A stretch of 25,728 bases of DNA from a virus (lineage: Duplodnaviria; Caudoviricetes), in the IMG/VR virus record IMGVR_UViG_3300022719_000188, positions 1 through 25,728 of that record; one strand, 5' to 3'. Under the pieces are notes generated by a model, which saw only the letters and a program-made list of their open reading frames with translations, was not told where the DNA came from and ran no database searches. A program made the translations under genes and the position numbers. This document shows positions 1 to 8,834 of this stretch, in pieces (the stretch's first letter is position 1; each line of letters begins with the position of its first letter).

Positions 1-709
1 TGAGTGCGATCTGGTAGGCCTCCAGCTTGGTTTTGGCGAACCCGATCATCTCGAGGGGCGACAGGTCCGCGCGCTCGCGCCACATACGAAGCGTGCGCAC
101 GTTAATTTCCCCTGTGCCGGCGCCGCCATAAACGATGATGCGAAAGCTCTGGGCGGCGGGTTCGCCGCCGGGCCTGAAAGCGAAGCGGCGCGTTCGCTCG
201 CTTGTGCGAATGTTTTTCCGGCTGGACAGACCCGAGGGCTCCGGGGTGCCGAAGGGCTGCCACGCCGCGCCGTCGTAGTACTCGACCGCGAACGCGTCAT
301 CGCGGCCGGATAAGGCTCCATCACTAGAAAAAAAGCCAATCACGTCGACAAAGCAGATTTCGTCCGCTGCCCCGAGGTCAATCTCGGCCACAACCCACGG
401 ATCGGACGACACGAAGTTCGTCGTGAACACCGTGCTGGCGTCCTGATCGACCAGGTTTGCCACGGTGCCGCCATTGGCCGCGGTGATCATGCCCGTGGTC
501 AATTGCACCGGCTCGATGCACCGGCGCAGCCGCTTGCCCGTTGCCACGGTGCCAGGCGCGCGCGCTAGCCCGCCCTGCAACAGCGCGACCTGGTTGCGCG
601 CGCTTTCCAGCGCCAGATAGTAGTGCGTGAGGTCGATGCGCTCGCGCAGTTCCGGGTCGAGCTCCCCGCGCGTGAAGGCGTTCTGGATTTCACCGCGCCT
701 TCTCCCCAT
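1..709 (-). CDS. Tail tubular protein B/nozzle-like protein (T7 gp12/Bbp13-like), runs off the window
   Basis: Not in the ORF track. ATG at 709 overlaps the upstream TGA. Translates MGRRRGEIQNAFTRGELDPELRERIDLTHYYLALESARNQVALLQGGLARAPGT, the typical N-terminal motif of this family; follows the adaptor gene. Confidence 0.8.
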   Translation of the reverse strand, partial: MGRRRGEIQNAFTRGELDPELRERIDLTHYYLALESARNQVALLQGGLARAPGTVATGKRLRRCIEPVQLTTGMITAANGGTVANLVDQDASTVFTTNFVSSDPWVVAEIDLGAADEICFVDVIGFFSSDGALSGRDDAFAVEYYDGAAWQPFGTPEPSGLSSRKNIRTSERTRRFAFRPGGEPAAQSFRIIVYGGAGTGEINVRTLRMWRERADLSPLEMIGFAKTKLEAYQIAL

Positions 710-1317
710 CACGTCCTCCGCACGGCGATCAGCGGATTGGCGCCGACATGCACCTTTGGCGCGGGGCGCGCCTGGGCGTCGATCTTCTTGGCCTCGGCGA
801 TCAGCCCGCCCTCGCCATAGGTCGACGGCGGCCCGAAGGCGACGCGGCGCAGCCGCTCGGCCGCGGCGGTATCCTCGCGCACGCTTTCCTGAAACTCCGC
901 CTTCAAGACCGTCACAACCAGCCGGATGAAGTAGCCCGGCCAGCGCGCCGGATCCATCGCGTGGGTGTAGCGCAGCCAAACCTCGTCATGGTCGCTTAAA
1001 AGCACATGGTCGCGCAGATCCCACAGATGAGTGGGTGCGCGCGCGTCCTTGCTGGCATAGACCGCCCGCGGCGTGCCGAGCATGTCGGATGGCAGCGCGA
1101 ACTGGTATTGCCAGTGGGCGTCCGGTGTCGCGCTCAGGCGCGAAAGCTGCGCCAGCTTGGTCTGGAAAGTCCACGGATGCGAGCTGACCAGCCCGCCGAC
1201 ATGGGTCTCGTAGATCTCGACGTAATCCGGCCCCGGCGACACATCCTCGGTCACCGTCAGGCTGCCGATCTCGGTGAGCGCGCGGTTGATCAGGTCGATG
1301 CGCGTGGTCACTTTCAT
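709..1317 (-). CDS. Tail tubular protein A/adaptor (T7 gp11-like); true start may be GTG at 1311
   Basis: 202 aa; IDLINRALTEIG, HPWTF and YQFALPSD motifs; position after the capsid genes. Confidence 0.8.
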   Translation of the reverse strand: MKVTTRIDLINRALTEIGSLTVTEDVSPGPDYVEIYETHVGGLVSSHPWTFQTKLAQLSRLSATPDAHWQYQFALPSDMLGTPRAVYASKDARAPTHLWDLRDHVLLSDHDEVWLRYTHAMDPARWPGYFIRLVVTVLKAEFQESVREDTAAAERLRRVAFGPPSTYGEGGLIAEAKKIDAQARPAPKVHVGANPLIAVRRT

Positions 1318-1320
1318 CCT

Positions 1321-1414
1321 CCGCGGACCATCCGGCCCGCGGTCCGCGCCAGGCGCGGCGGCCGGTCGGCCTTACAGCACGGCCAATTTCGCTAGATTGG
1401 CCGCGCTGGGGTGC
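1321..1414 (-). repeat. Four-hairpin dispersed element, copy 1
   Basis: Minus strand: GCACCCCAG-stem-CTG TAA GGCC GACC GGCC, stem, CCGCGGGCC GGAT GGTCCGCGG. Confidence 0.9.
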
Positions 1415-1426
1415 TTAATCTCTGAT

Positions 1427-1651
1427 CTAGGCGTTCTGTGCGTCGTCGCCGCTATCGCCGCTCTTGGCAGGCTTTTTCGCCGGGGCAGGCTTGCCGCCTT
1501 CGGCCAGCTTGAGCGCGGTGCCCTCAAGCCCCGGCGCGGCCATCACGAAGATCGGCGCGCCGTCCGGCGATCGTTTGGGGTCAAACCGGCTCCCGTTGAC
1601 GAAGCACGGCGCCACCACCTGGTAGCGCACGCGATTGTCCTGTTTGGCCAT
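1427..1651 (-). CDS. Small hypothetical virion-module protein (74 aa, MAKQDNRV...)
   Basis: AAGGAGAAGG RBS before ATG 1651; low-complexity K/P/A tail. Confidence 0.7.
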   Translation of the reverse strand: MAKQDNRVRYQVVAPCFVNGSRFDPKRSPDGAPIFVMAAPGLEGTALKLAEGGKPAPAKKPAKSGDSGDDAQNA

Positions 1652-1680
1652 CGGCCTTCTCCTTCTTTCGGTACCGTTTG

Positions 1681-1758
1681 GCACCCCAGCGCGAAGCGCT
1701 GAGCCGCCGACTGGCGGCCGGGCCCGAGGCCCGAAACGGCGGGACGGATGTCCCGCCG
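1681..1758 (+). repeat. Four-hairpin dispersed element, copy 2
   Basis: GCACCCC AGCGC GAA GCGCT GAG CCGCC GACT GGCGG C CGGGCC CGA GGCCCG AAA CGGCGGGAC GGAT GTCCCGCCG. Confidence 0.9.
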
Positions 1759-1763
1759 ATCAC

Positions 1764-2183
1764 TTAAATGGCGTTAGGCTGGGAAGCCCACTTGGTCGGG
1801 TCCTGATTGGTCAGGAACGCATCGACCGTGCAGGTCGGCGTTGTCCCGCCCATATCATACGAAAGGCGGAGATAACGCTGGTTGGTGAACGGCATGGGGA
1901 TGATGACGGTCGCGCCGGTCGCGAAATCGGCCGCGGCAAGCTGCGGGTGCGAAAGCAGCGTGGTCGCGGATGCGAAGTTTTCGACCGTGTCGGTCTCGAT
2001 ATCGATATCGAGCGTTGGCGTTGTCCCGGCCAGACCAATCTTGGCGACGATCACCCACCACATCGGATCGCCGGGGCCGATCAGACGCTCCGCGCCCAGA
2101 TCGATCACGTCTTCCGACGCCACGGCGCTCGTGCCCGTGAGGGCCTGATCCGACGACACCTGCAAGCGGCTGTCGATAATCAT
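1764..2183 (-). CDS. Bbp16-like capsid cement protein
   Basis: 139 aa; MIIDSRLQVSSDQA...SEDVIDLG...RYLRLSY pattern; directly after the capsid gene. Confidence 0.85.
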   Translation of the reverse strand: MIIDSRLQVSSDQALTGTSAVASEDVIDLGAERLIGPGDPMWWVIVAKIGLAGTTPTLDIDIETDTVENFASATTLLSHPQLAAADFATGATVIIPMPFTNQRYLRLSYDMGGTTPTCTVDAFLTNQDPTKWASQPNAI

Positions 2184-2226
2184 GGAAGTCTCCTCAAGTT
2201 CGTATTAGAGCCTGCCGCCGTCAGCC

Positions 2227-3243
2227 TTAGCTGTTATCCGGCACAAGCGCTTCGGTGTTCAGGATGGCGTCGCAGCGGCGCACCGGGATGCCACCGAACA
2301 TCAGGACGCGCTTGCCCCCCAGTTGCTCGGTGGTCAGATTAATATTTTTCGCGTTCTTCATCTGGCGGTCGAGCGTGCTGATTACCGTACGGTTGGCGTA
2401 AAACGCCGCGCGCCCGGCGTTCAGCGAAGGCGGCAAATGCATGGCCTGGGTCATCAGGTCGACAAGATCGGCGCTGTTGCTCGACGCATCGCCGGTCAAC
2501 TCGGAAACGTCGATGTTGCAAATGCGTACGATATAGCGCCAGTCGCGCACGGCGATGCCGCATTTCCACTGATAATGCGAGCGGTAGGCCTGCATGCGCC
2601 CGCCATTGCCGTCGATATCCTCGATGGTCACCTCGCCCATGTCAGTCATCTTAAGACCGGCCTGCGTGGCCTTCGGATAAAGGCCGTGAACCGTGCGCGG
2701 CCCCCAGACAATCAGCCAGACGGATGTGTTGTCGGAACCCGAGCCGCCGCCGTGAAGCACGTTTTCGCCGCTTTCCACCGTCCCTGGGTCGCGCTCGTTG
2801 AACCGCGGCGCAAGGCCGGTGAAGGCCTCCGGCTCGGTGCCCTCGTTGCCGTAGAACAGCGTGGAGGCCTTTTCCTTGCTCATGCCCTCGATATGCGCGG
2901 CGTCCTCGGTCAGCCGGAAGCTGGCCGTGTTGCCGTTGAGATCGGCCATGTCCTTGTCGACTTCAGCGTAGGCTTCCAGCATGCCGGTGTTTTCGGTGAC
3001 CTGGACGGTGGTCGAGCGGGTCGGCTGCACGCCGCCATAAAGCTTGCGCCAGGTGGGCGCGGGAATACCTGAACGGATCGTCGTGCGGTGGCCGGTTGGC
3101 AGGTTGCCTTCCACCCACGGCATGTCATCAAGGACCTCGTTGGTCTCGTTCAGAATTTCGACGATCTGCGCGATCGAGCCGTCCGGGTCGATCCGCTTGG
3201 CCAGTTCCGACAGCGTCGGGAATTCGGTCCCCAGCGTCGCCAT
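2227..3243 (-). CDS. Major capsid protein (BPP-1 Bbp17-like)
   Basis: 338 aa; IVEILNETNEVLDDMPWVEGNLPTGHRTTIRSGIP, FTGLAPRF, VRDWRYIVRICNID, FGGIPVRRCDAILNTEA; GGAGG RBS. Confidence 0.92.
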   Translation of the reverse strand: MATLGTEFPTLSELAKRIDPDGSIAQIVEILNETNEVLDDMPWVEGNLPTGHRTTIRSGIPAPTWRKLYGGVQPTRSTTVQVTENTGMLEAYAEVDKDMADLNGNTASFRLTEDAAHIEGMSKEKASTLFYGNEGTEPEAFTGLAPRFNERDPGTVESGENVLHGGGSGSDNTSVWLIVWGPRTVHGLYPKATQAGLKMTDMGEVTIEDIDGNGGRMQAYRSHYQWKCGIAVRDWRYIVRICNIDVSELTGDASSNSADLVDLMTQAMHLPPSLNAGRAAFYANRTVISTLDRQMKNAKNINLTTEQLGGKRVLMFGGIPVRRCDAILNTEALVPDNS

Positions 3244-3319
3244 ATCTTACCTCCTTCTGCTGCCGCCGCCGGCGGCCGGAATAACGATGGGACGCAAGAC
3301 TAATCGAGCACGAACCCTG

Positions 3320-4135
3320 TCAACTTTTGTTCATGCTCGGATACATGGCTTCAAGCCGCTGCTGGTATTCGCTCTTGCCGGCATTGGCGCCGCCGCCTTC
3401 GCCGCCGCCCTGCAAGCCGTGCTCGCCGCCAAGCTTAAGCACCTTTTCAAGCGCCATGACGCCCTCCGCGCTGGCGGCCATCGCCGTGACGATGTTGGCT
3501 TCCGCGCGATTGAGCACGCCGCGCTTGACCAGCCCTTCGACCTGGCCGACCGCCGCATTGATACGCTTGCCCGCTCGCGCCTTGACCTGCTCCGGGTCGG
3601 ACACGCCAGGCGCGAGCTTTTTCATCTCTTCGCCAACATTGATCGGATCATCGAGGATGCCATTTTCGCTGAGCTGGGAATAAAGCTCGGAGATCGCGCC
3701 GTTGAACTGCTCGTTCGACAGCCCGTTCTTGTGGGCGATATCGCGCCAGATCGGCAGCACCTCGTCATCGCTCAGATCGCCGAACTTCTGCTTGAAGTCA
3801 TCGCTCAGGCTCAGCTCGTAGCCGTCCGGCTTTTCCGGCGGCCGGGCCTGCTCGCCCAGCTTGCCAGCCAGCTTGTCGATGGTCTCCTGGTCGGTCTTGC
3901 CCTTTAGCTCGGCAAGGTGCTCGGGCAGGCCGTCCGGCCAGTAGACTTGCGCCTCGCCGCCATCACTGGCGGCGTTGCCCTGATCGCCGCCGCCAGCTTC
4001 GGCCTCTCTCGCGGCTTTGCTCAGCGCGGTTTCCGCCGGCGGCGGATCGCTCTTGCTGGCATCCCCTTCGCCGGTTCCGGCCTGCGTGCCGTCCGCCTCG
4101 CGCAGCACATCAAACAGATCGTCGAAAATCAGCAT
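3320..4135 (-). CDS. Putative capsid scaffolding protein
   Basis: 271 aa, acidic; PEKPDGYEL, AHKNGLSNEQF and terminal LEAMYPSM; directly upstream of the capsid gene. Confidence 0.7.
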   Translation of the reverse strand: MLIFDDLFDVLREADGTQAGTGEGDASKSDPPPAETALSKAAREAEAGGGDQGNAASDGGEAQVYWPDGLPEHLAELKGKTDQETIDKLAGKLGEQARPPEKPDGYELSLSDDFKQKFGDLSDDEVLPIWRDIAHKNGLSNEQFNGAISELYSQLSENGILDDPINVGEEMKKLAPGVSDPEQVKARAGKRINAAVGQVEGLVKRGVLNRAEANIVTAMAASAEGVMALEKVLKLGGEHGLQGGGEGGGANAGKSEYQQRLEAMYPSMNKS

Positions 4136-4148
4136 GGGTCGTCTCCCG

Positions 4149-4478
4149 TCAGCTCTGCGGCACCTGAAGCGCCTGCAGGATCATGAACAAAACGCCGTTC
4201 TGGCCCTCACGCCGGGCCTTGGCGATCGCGTAGCTCTCCGCGTTTGCCGGATTAAGCTCTTGGTCGGTAGGCGGCCGCAAAAGCGTGTTTTTCGCCAGCC
4301 AGTCGATGAAGCGCGCGCCCTCCGGCGTGGCCAGCGCCGCCTGCACCACGGCGGCTTCCTCGCGCATCTTGTGCTGGGCCCGCTCGCGCTGCTTGCCAGC
4401 CTGCGCGATGAGATGGTCGGTGTCCATCCAGTCGCCGGTGCGCAGGGTCTCGAAAATCTGCTGCTGTGGGTTCGTCAT
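4149..4478 (-). CDS. Bbp19-like phage protein
   Basis: 109 aa; TPEGARFIDWL and REGQNGVL motifs; between portal and scaffold. Confidence 0.7.
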   Translation of the reverse strand: MTNPQQQIFETLRTGDWMDTDHLIAQAGKQRERAQHKMREEAAVVQAALATPEGARFIDWLAKNTLLRPPTDQELNPANAESYAIAKARREGQNGVLFMILQALQVPQS

Positions 4479-6082
4479 GCCGCCCCGCCGTTCAAGGCCC
4501 GGCGCGCGTTCTCACGCGGGTCGGGCTGCTGCTGTTGCTGCTCGGCCTGCTGTTGCTGGGCCATCATGCCGGCCAGCGCTTCCTGAAGGTTGGTAATTTC
4601 CTCGCCCGAGCGGATATGCTCTTCGGGCACGCCCAGCCAGCGGCCCAGTTCCGGGGCGATTTTTTCGGTACGCGCGAACATGTTGACCGCTTGCGGCCCG
4701 AACAGCATCGCGATCAGTTCCAGCCAGCTCGTGGTCTGCTGGACCTTCTGCGCCTGCTGGCCCGCGGCGATCGGCGCAACCACGCGCACCTGCGTGATCA
4801 TCTGGTCGATGGTCAGCGTGGTATCGAGAACACCCATCTGCTCCAGGATGTCGATGACGCGCTGCACCACCGGCGCGACGATCTCCAGCGTGAGCCGGCC
4901 ATAGACCCCGCCAAGGTCCTGGCTGAGCTGCGACATGCGCTCGGCGATTTCCGTGGGCGAGCGCACCGCGCCGGACATCGGCGGCAGGGCGTCGTCCATC
5001 ATCGCCATTTTCATCTGCTGGCGCTCGTCCTCGATCACGAAGCTGGAAATATCGAAGTTGTAGGGCACCTCCAGGCGCTGAAGCGTCGGCCCGAGCGGGC
5101 CGCCGGTCGAGCCAACCTGCCACATCGCCAGCGGCTCGAAGGTCGCCGTGTCCGGGTTGAACGTGCCGTCGTCGCGGCGCGCCCACAGCCCCATGACCGA
5201 AAACGCCGCGGCCATCAGCGCCAGCTCGCGCGCCTTGTTCGTCGTCTTCGCGCTTGGCAGCCCCAGATGCGCCAGCCCGCGCCCGTAAGGCTCGCCCGGC
5301 ACCACGAAGAACCGCGGCGTGATCCACGGGCTCGTACGATAGGTCTCCGTCCAGATTTCCTCGTGCTGATCGGCGTTATGCCCCTTGCGCCAGACCCGCA
5401 ACCGCCAGCGCCCCTCGCTCGGCTCGAAATAGGTGTGCTGATGGATCCAGACTTTCGCGCCCGGCTCATTGTCCATGAGCGAGCGCAATTGCTGCGAAAA
5501 CGTGCCGTTCGGCCAAACCTGGCGCAGGTGGCGAGCCTTGTATTCCTTGCGCCAGTCCACGCCCCAGATGTCGCCATAGGGGCCTTCTTCAAGCGCGATT
5601 TCCGTGATCGGCACGGAGCGGAACCGCGCCGGCGCGGCCATGTCTCCGCGCGTGACATTGAGCGCGCCGGTGCCGGCGAACAGGTCCATGGCCATCTCGT
5701 GAAAGCGCATGTGGAACGAGCCGGACGCCAGCACGCCGCTGGCAACCTTGCCGATCTTCTGGAACTCCTCGGTGAGCGCCTTTTTCTGATCGCCGTCCGG
5801 AACCAGCGGCCCGGCCTCGATCGCGAAGAAATCCTGGAACAGCGGAACGAGGTCGCGCTGGAGCCGCCCGGCGAAGCGCAGCGCCGCCGAGGGCATCGTC
5901 CCGTCGAAAATCTTGTCGGTGCGGTTCTGACCTTCTTGGGCGGCCGTCAACGACTCCATGCCCGCCGGATCGCGGAACGGCATGCCGTATTCGTAGATTT
6001 CCTTGAGCTGGCGCTCGTAATAGGTTTTTCGCTGCCAGGCGTCTTTCGAGCGCTCCTGGATTTCCTTGAAATCGGCGGTCAA
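4475..6082 (-). CDS. Portal (head-to-tail connector) protein
   Basis: 535 aa; KIFDGT, DLFAGTG, PWITPRF..PGEPYGRG and RSPTEIAER motifs of the T7/BPP-1-type connector; TTG start overlaps the upstream stop. Confidence 0.92.
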   Translation of the reverse strand: MTADFKEIQERSKDAWQRKTYYERQLKEIYEYGMPFRDPAGMESLTAAQEGQNRTDKIFDGTMPSAALRFAGRLQRDLVPLFQDFFAIEAGPLVPDGDQKKALTEEFQKIGKVASGVLASGSFHMRFHEMAMDLFAGTGALNVTRGDMAAPARFRSVPITEIALEEGPYGDIWGVDWRKEYKARHLRQVWPNGTFSQQLRSLMDNEPGAKVWIHQHTYFEPSEGRWRLRVWRKGHNADQHEEIWTETYRTSPWITPRFFVVPGEPYGRGLAHLGLPSAKTTNKARELALMAAAFSVMGLWARRDDGTFNPDTATFEPLAMWQVGSTGGPLGPTLQRLEVPYNFDISSFVIEDERQQMKMAMMDDALPPMSGAVRSPTEIAERMSQLSQDLGGVYGRLTLEIVAPVVQRVIDILEQMGVLDTTLTIDQMITQVRVVAPIAAGQQAQKVQQTTSWLELIAMLFGPQAVNMFARTEKIAPELGRWLGVPEEHIRSGEEITNLQEALAGMMAQQQQAEQQQQQPDPRENARRALNGGAA

Positions 6083-6321
6083 TTGCCACCCCCAAGAGTT
6101 TTAGCAGCCGATGTCAAAGCCGATCTCCGACGCGTCCTGCTCCCGCCGAACAGGCTGCTCATCTCGTCATCGACGAACGCCAGCAGGCCGCGCCCGCCCT
6201 CGCGCAACGCCATCTGGCCAGCCTCAACCTTGTCCTGCTTGCGCCGCTGGTCCCGGATCTGGCGCTGCTGCGCTTTTTCCGCGGCGGTCGGCCCAAACAG
6301 CCCCTTTACCGCTTTCGCCAT
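6079..6321 (-). CDS. Small hypothetical protein upstream of the portal (80 aa, MAKAVKGLFG...)
   Basis: GGAGG RBS before ATG 6321; stop coupled to the portal start. Confidence 0.7.
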   Translation of the reverse strand: MAKAVKGLFGPTAAEKAQQRQIRDQRRKQDKVEAGQMALREGGRGLLAFVDDEMSSLFGGSRTRRRSALTSAAKTLGGGN

Positions 6322-6742
6322 GTTTGCCTCCGTAAAGCCATATCCGCCCGCATTGACCGACAAGCGTGGTTGGCGCGAAGCCTGCAAACCGGGCCAGCAC
6401 CTCGCCGGCGCGGTTGCCCGGATCGACCAGCGTGACAATTTCGCCGTCGTGCCCGCGCGCCTGGTCCCGTAAGGCCGCGCGCAGACCTGCCGCGATGCCC
6501 GCCACGCGCCGGCGCGCCGCGTCCCGGCGCACCATGAACCAGGCCTGCGCGGGCCGAGCGTCGCCCCAAGCGTACAGCCCGGCGATCGCGATCGGCGCCG
6601 GATCATCATCTGCGTAGACCGCCCGCGCCTGCCCCGTCGTGACCTGCACGAGGTGGCGAGCATAGACGCCGCGCGGCAGCGTCAACCTTTGCGACCCGAT
6701 GAAATCCGCCAGCTCGGCGACGCCGCAGGACGTGATGCGCAT
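6224..6742 (-). CDS. Putative GNAT-fold phage protein
   Basis: PIAIAGL...AQAWFMV...VDPGNRAGEVLARFAGF resembles GNAT motifs; the C-terminal tail overlaps the next gene by 98 bp. Confidence 0.55.
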   Translation of the reverse strand: MRITSCGVAELADFIGSQRLTLPRGVYARHLVQVTTGQARAVYADDDPAPIAIAGLYAWGDARPAQAWFMVRRDAARRRVAGIAAGLRAALRDQARGHDGEIVTLVDPGNRAGEVLARFAGFAPTTLVGQCGRIWLYGGKHGESGKGAVWADRRGKSAAAPDPGPAAQAGQG

Positions 6743-6751
6743 TAGATTTCC

Positions 6752-8269
6752 CTAGTGAAACAGCCGCGTGGTGTTTTTGACCTTGCCCCCGCCCGACTGC
6801 GCGGCCAGCATCGCCGCCTTTGGGTCGGGCCGCCCCTTGTTGCCCGCGATCACGCCGTAGCGCCCCTTGTCGCCGAGCTGCCAGTACTGCAGCGCGTCAT
6901 GCGGGTTCGACCAGTCGTTCTTTTCCGGCTTGTCGGACGTCTTCTTGAGGCTGCCGACGCGCTGGATCTGGTAGCGGTAGTGGCTGGCGAAGCCCTTGCG
7001 CGTCATGGCGCAGCGCCGGGACAGCAAAAGCCCCGGCGTCTGGCCGTCGATCATGTAGGTCAGATCGTCGCGCACCGCGTCGAGGCGCACCGACACTTCG
7101 TTAGTCGGCGCGGGCAGGATCGCAATGCCCAGCTCGCGCGCGACGATTTCCGCCCAGGCGAACTCGCCACCCTCGGTGTCCGCGCCGGTAAAGCCCGCCG
7201 GGTCGCACCAGCCCATTTTCGGCGGGTGACCCGGCGCGACTTCCGCCAGCTCCAGCTTGATCGCCTCGGCGAAGCGCCGCGGCCCCATGCGCCCCGGCAC
7301 GACCTCGCCAAGGATCCGCGCCTGGCCGTTGGGCATCCGCTGGGCGATGATCGCCGCTGGGCGCTGCACGCCCTGGTCAAGCCCCAAAGTGATCGGGATG
7401 CCCTTGACCGGCTTCAACGCCTCCGCGGAAAGGTGGAATTCGTCGGCATATTCCGGGTAGACCGGCTCGCCGTCGCTGGACGGCCCGTATTGCGCGTCGA
7501 CGAAGCGCTTGATCAGGTTCGGCCGGTTGCGCAGCGCCGCGACCTGGCGCTCGTAGTAGCCTTCCGGCAGATTGTGCAGGTTTTCGGCACGCGGGCCGCG
7601 GCCCGATGGCTGGCGATACAGCCGGAACCCTTCCGGCCGCTCCTCCTCGAAGCTGCGATAGAACCAGCTGTCGATATCCGGCGCGTTCAGGTCCCCGATC
7701 ACGTAGGAGCGGAACTGAACGCCCGCCGAAAGGTTCTTGCGCGAGGGGTAGCGGCCGACGCGGAACAGCGCCTGGTCGAGCACATCCGACGGCAGAAGGT
7801 CCATTTCGTAAAGCCAGAACGCCGTCGGCTCGAAGCCGCGCATGAACTGCTCGACCGCATGCTCGCCGATCGCCGCGAACACCGCCTCGAAATTCACCCG
7901 GACGCGCACCCCGTTCCGGATAATGTCAAAAACGATCTTGTGCGTGGCGTGCCGGCCGCCGCCGCCGGTGAAATCGGCATCTGTCCAGCCGCCGCCGTCC
8001 TCGGGTAGCCATTCCTTCCAGGTGGGGAACAGGTTGCGTTCCATCTGGCCGTATGTCGCGCCGATGATGGCCACGCGGTAGTAAATCTGGCCGTCGGTGC
8101 ACACCGGCATCTCGCTGGCGTTTTTCAGGCAGTCGAAAATGCAGCTGACGGACTTGCCGCCGCCCACGGGGCCCAAAAGCGCGCGCACCGTGCTGGTCTT
8201 GTCGGCGAGGAACGCCTCAGCCACCGGACCGGCCGGACGAAACTGTGCAAAACTCGACAATGCGCTCAT
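6752..8269 (-). CDS. terL: Terminase large subunit
   Basis: 505 aa; Walker A GPVGGGKS, FWLYE Walker B region, LGLDQG nuclease Asp, SNPHDALQY. Confidence 0.92.
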   Translation of the reverse strand: MSALSSFAQFRPAGPVAEAFLADKTSTVRALLGPVGGGKSVSCIFDCLKNASEMPVCTDGQIYYRVAIIGATYGQMERNLFPTWKEWLPEDGGGWTDADFTGGGGRHATHKIVFDIIRNGVRVRVNFEAVFAAIGEHAVEQFMRGFEPTAFWLYEMDLLPSDVLDQALFRVGRYPSRKNLSAGVQFRSYVIGDLNAPDIDSWFYRSFEEERPEGFRLYRQPSGRGPRAENLHNLPEGYYERQVAALRNRPNLIKRFVDAQYGPSSDGEPVYPEYADEFHLSAEALKPVKGIPITLGLDQGVQRPAAIIAQRMPNGQARILGEVVPGRMGPRRFAEAIKLELAEVAPGHPPKMGWCDPAGFTGADTEGGEFAWAEIVARELGIAILPAPTNEVSVRLDAVRDDLTYMIDGQTPGLLLSRRCAMTRKGFASHYRYQIQRVGSLKKTSDKPEKNDWSNPHDALQYWQLGDKGRYGVIAGNKGRPDPKAAMLAAQSGGGKVKNTTRLFH

Positions 8270-8529
8270 TCGCGGGCCTCGCGCTGGCGACTGCTGTCAA
8301 CTTTTTGCCCGCCAACCGGCCCGAACAGGCCCGGTTCCGCCCCGCGCGCCCGCGCATGGGCCCAGCGCTGGCTGGCGCGATCGCGGATCAGGCGGCGTTC
8401 GTTGGTGAGTTCCCGCCTGCGCGCGTCGATTACCCTTGTCTCCTCTTCAATTTTGCGCAAAGCTTCACGTTCTTCGGGCGACAGGAACGATCGCCAGTCC
8501 CGCGTGTTTTTGCCGCTCTTCGCATTCAT
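8266..8529 (-). CDS. Hypothetical protein coupled to terL
   Basis: 87 aa; GGAGG RBS; ATGA overlap with terL. Confidence 0.65.
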   Translation of the reverse strand: MNAKSGKNTRDWRSFLSPEEREALRKIEEETRVIDARRRELTNERRLIRDRASQRWAHARARGAEPGLFGPVGGQKVDSSRQREARE

Positions 8530-8834
8530 CGCATCGCCTCCACGCCGCGAGACGGCACCCCCATCCCACGGCTAATTTTCAAATTTTAACGCACCTCACC
8601 CGGTGGCAACGATTTGACGAAACCCCATCACGGTGCGGAGGTACCTCCCTGGAAGAGAGACAACGGCCGATTTTCCGGGGCACCCCCCGGCCTCGCGCGG
8701 TGCAAATCGATGGGGGGGAGGGGTCGGCGATCGACCTGGCACCCGGCGCGCAGTAGCGCCGCCAGGGGCATGCGGCGACTGATATTTGATCAGTCAGCCG
8801 GGCGCGGATTATACAGCACGATCAGCGCGCTAGC

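Noticed and set aside
4466-8008. Long plus-strand ORFs (668 aa, 417 aa) and similar ORFs elsewhere
   Set aside because: Antisense shadows of portal, terminase and other genes, typical of high-GC DNA; no motifs or RBS support.
1-8269. Diversity-generating retroelement, suggested by the BPP-1-like virion genes
   Set aside because: No reverse transcriptase and no repeat pair with adenine-specific mismatches here; the int duplication differs mostly at non-A positions. Tail fibre genes lie off the left edge and cannot be judged.
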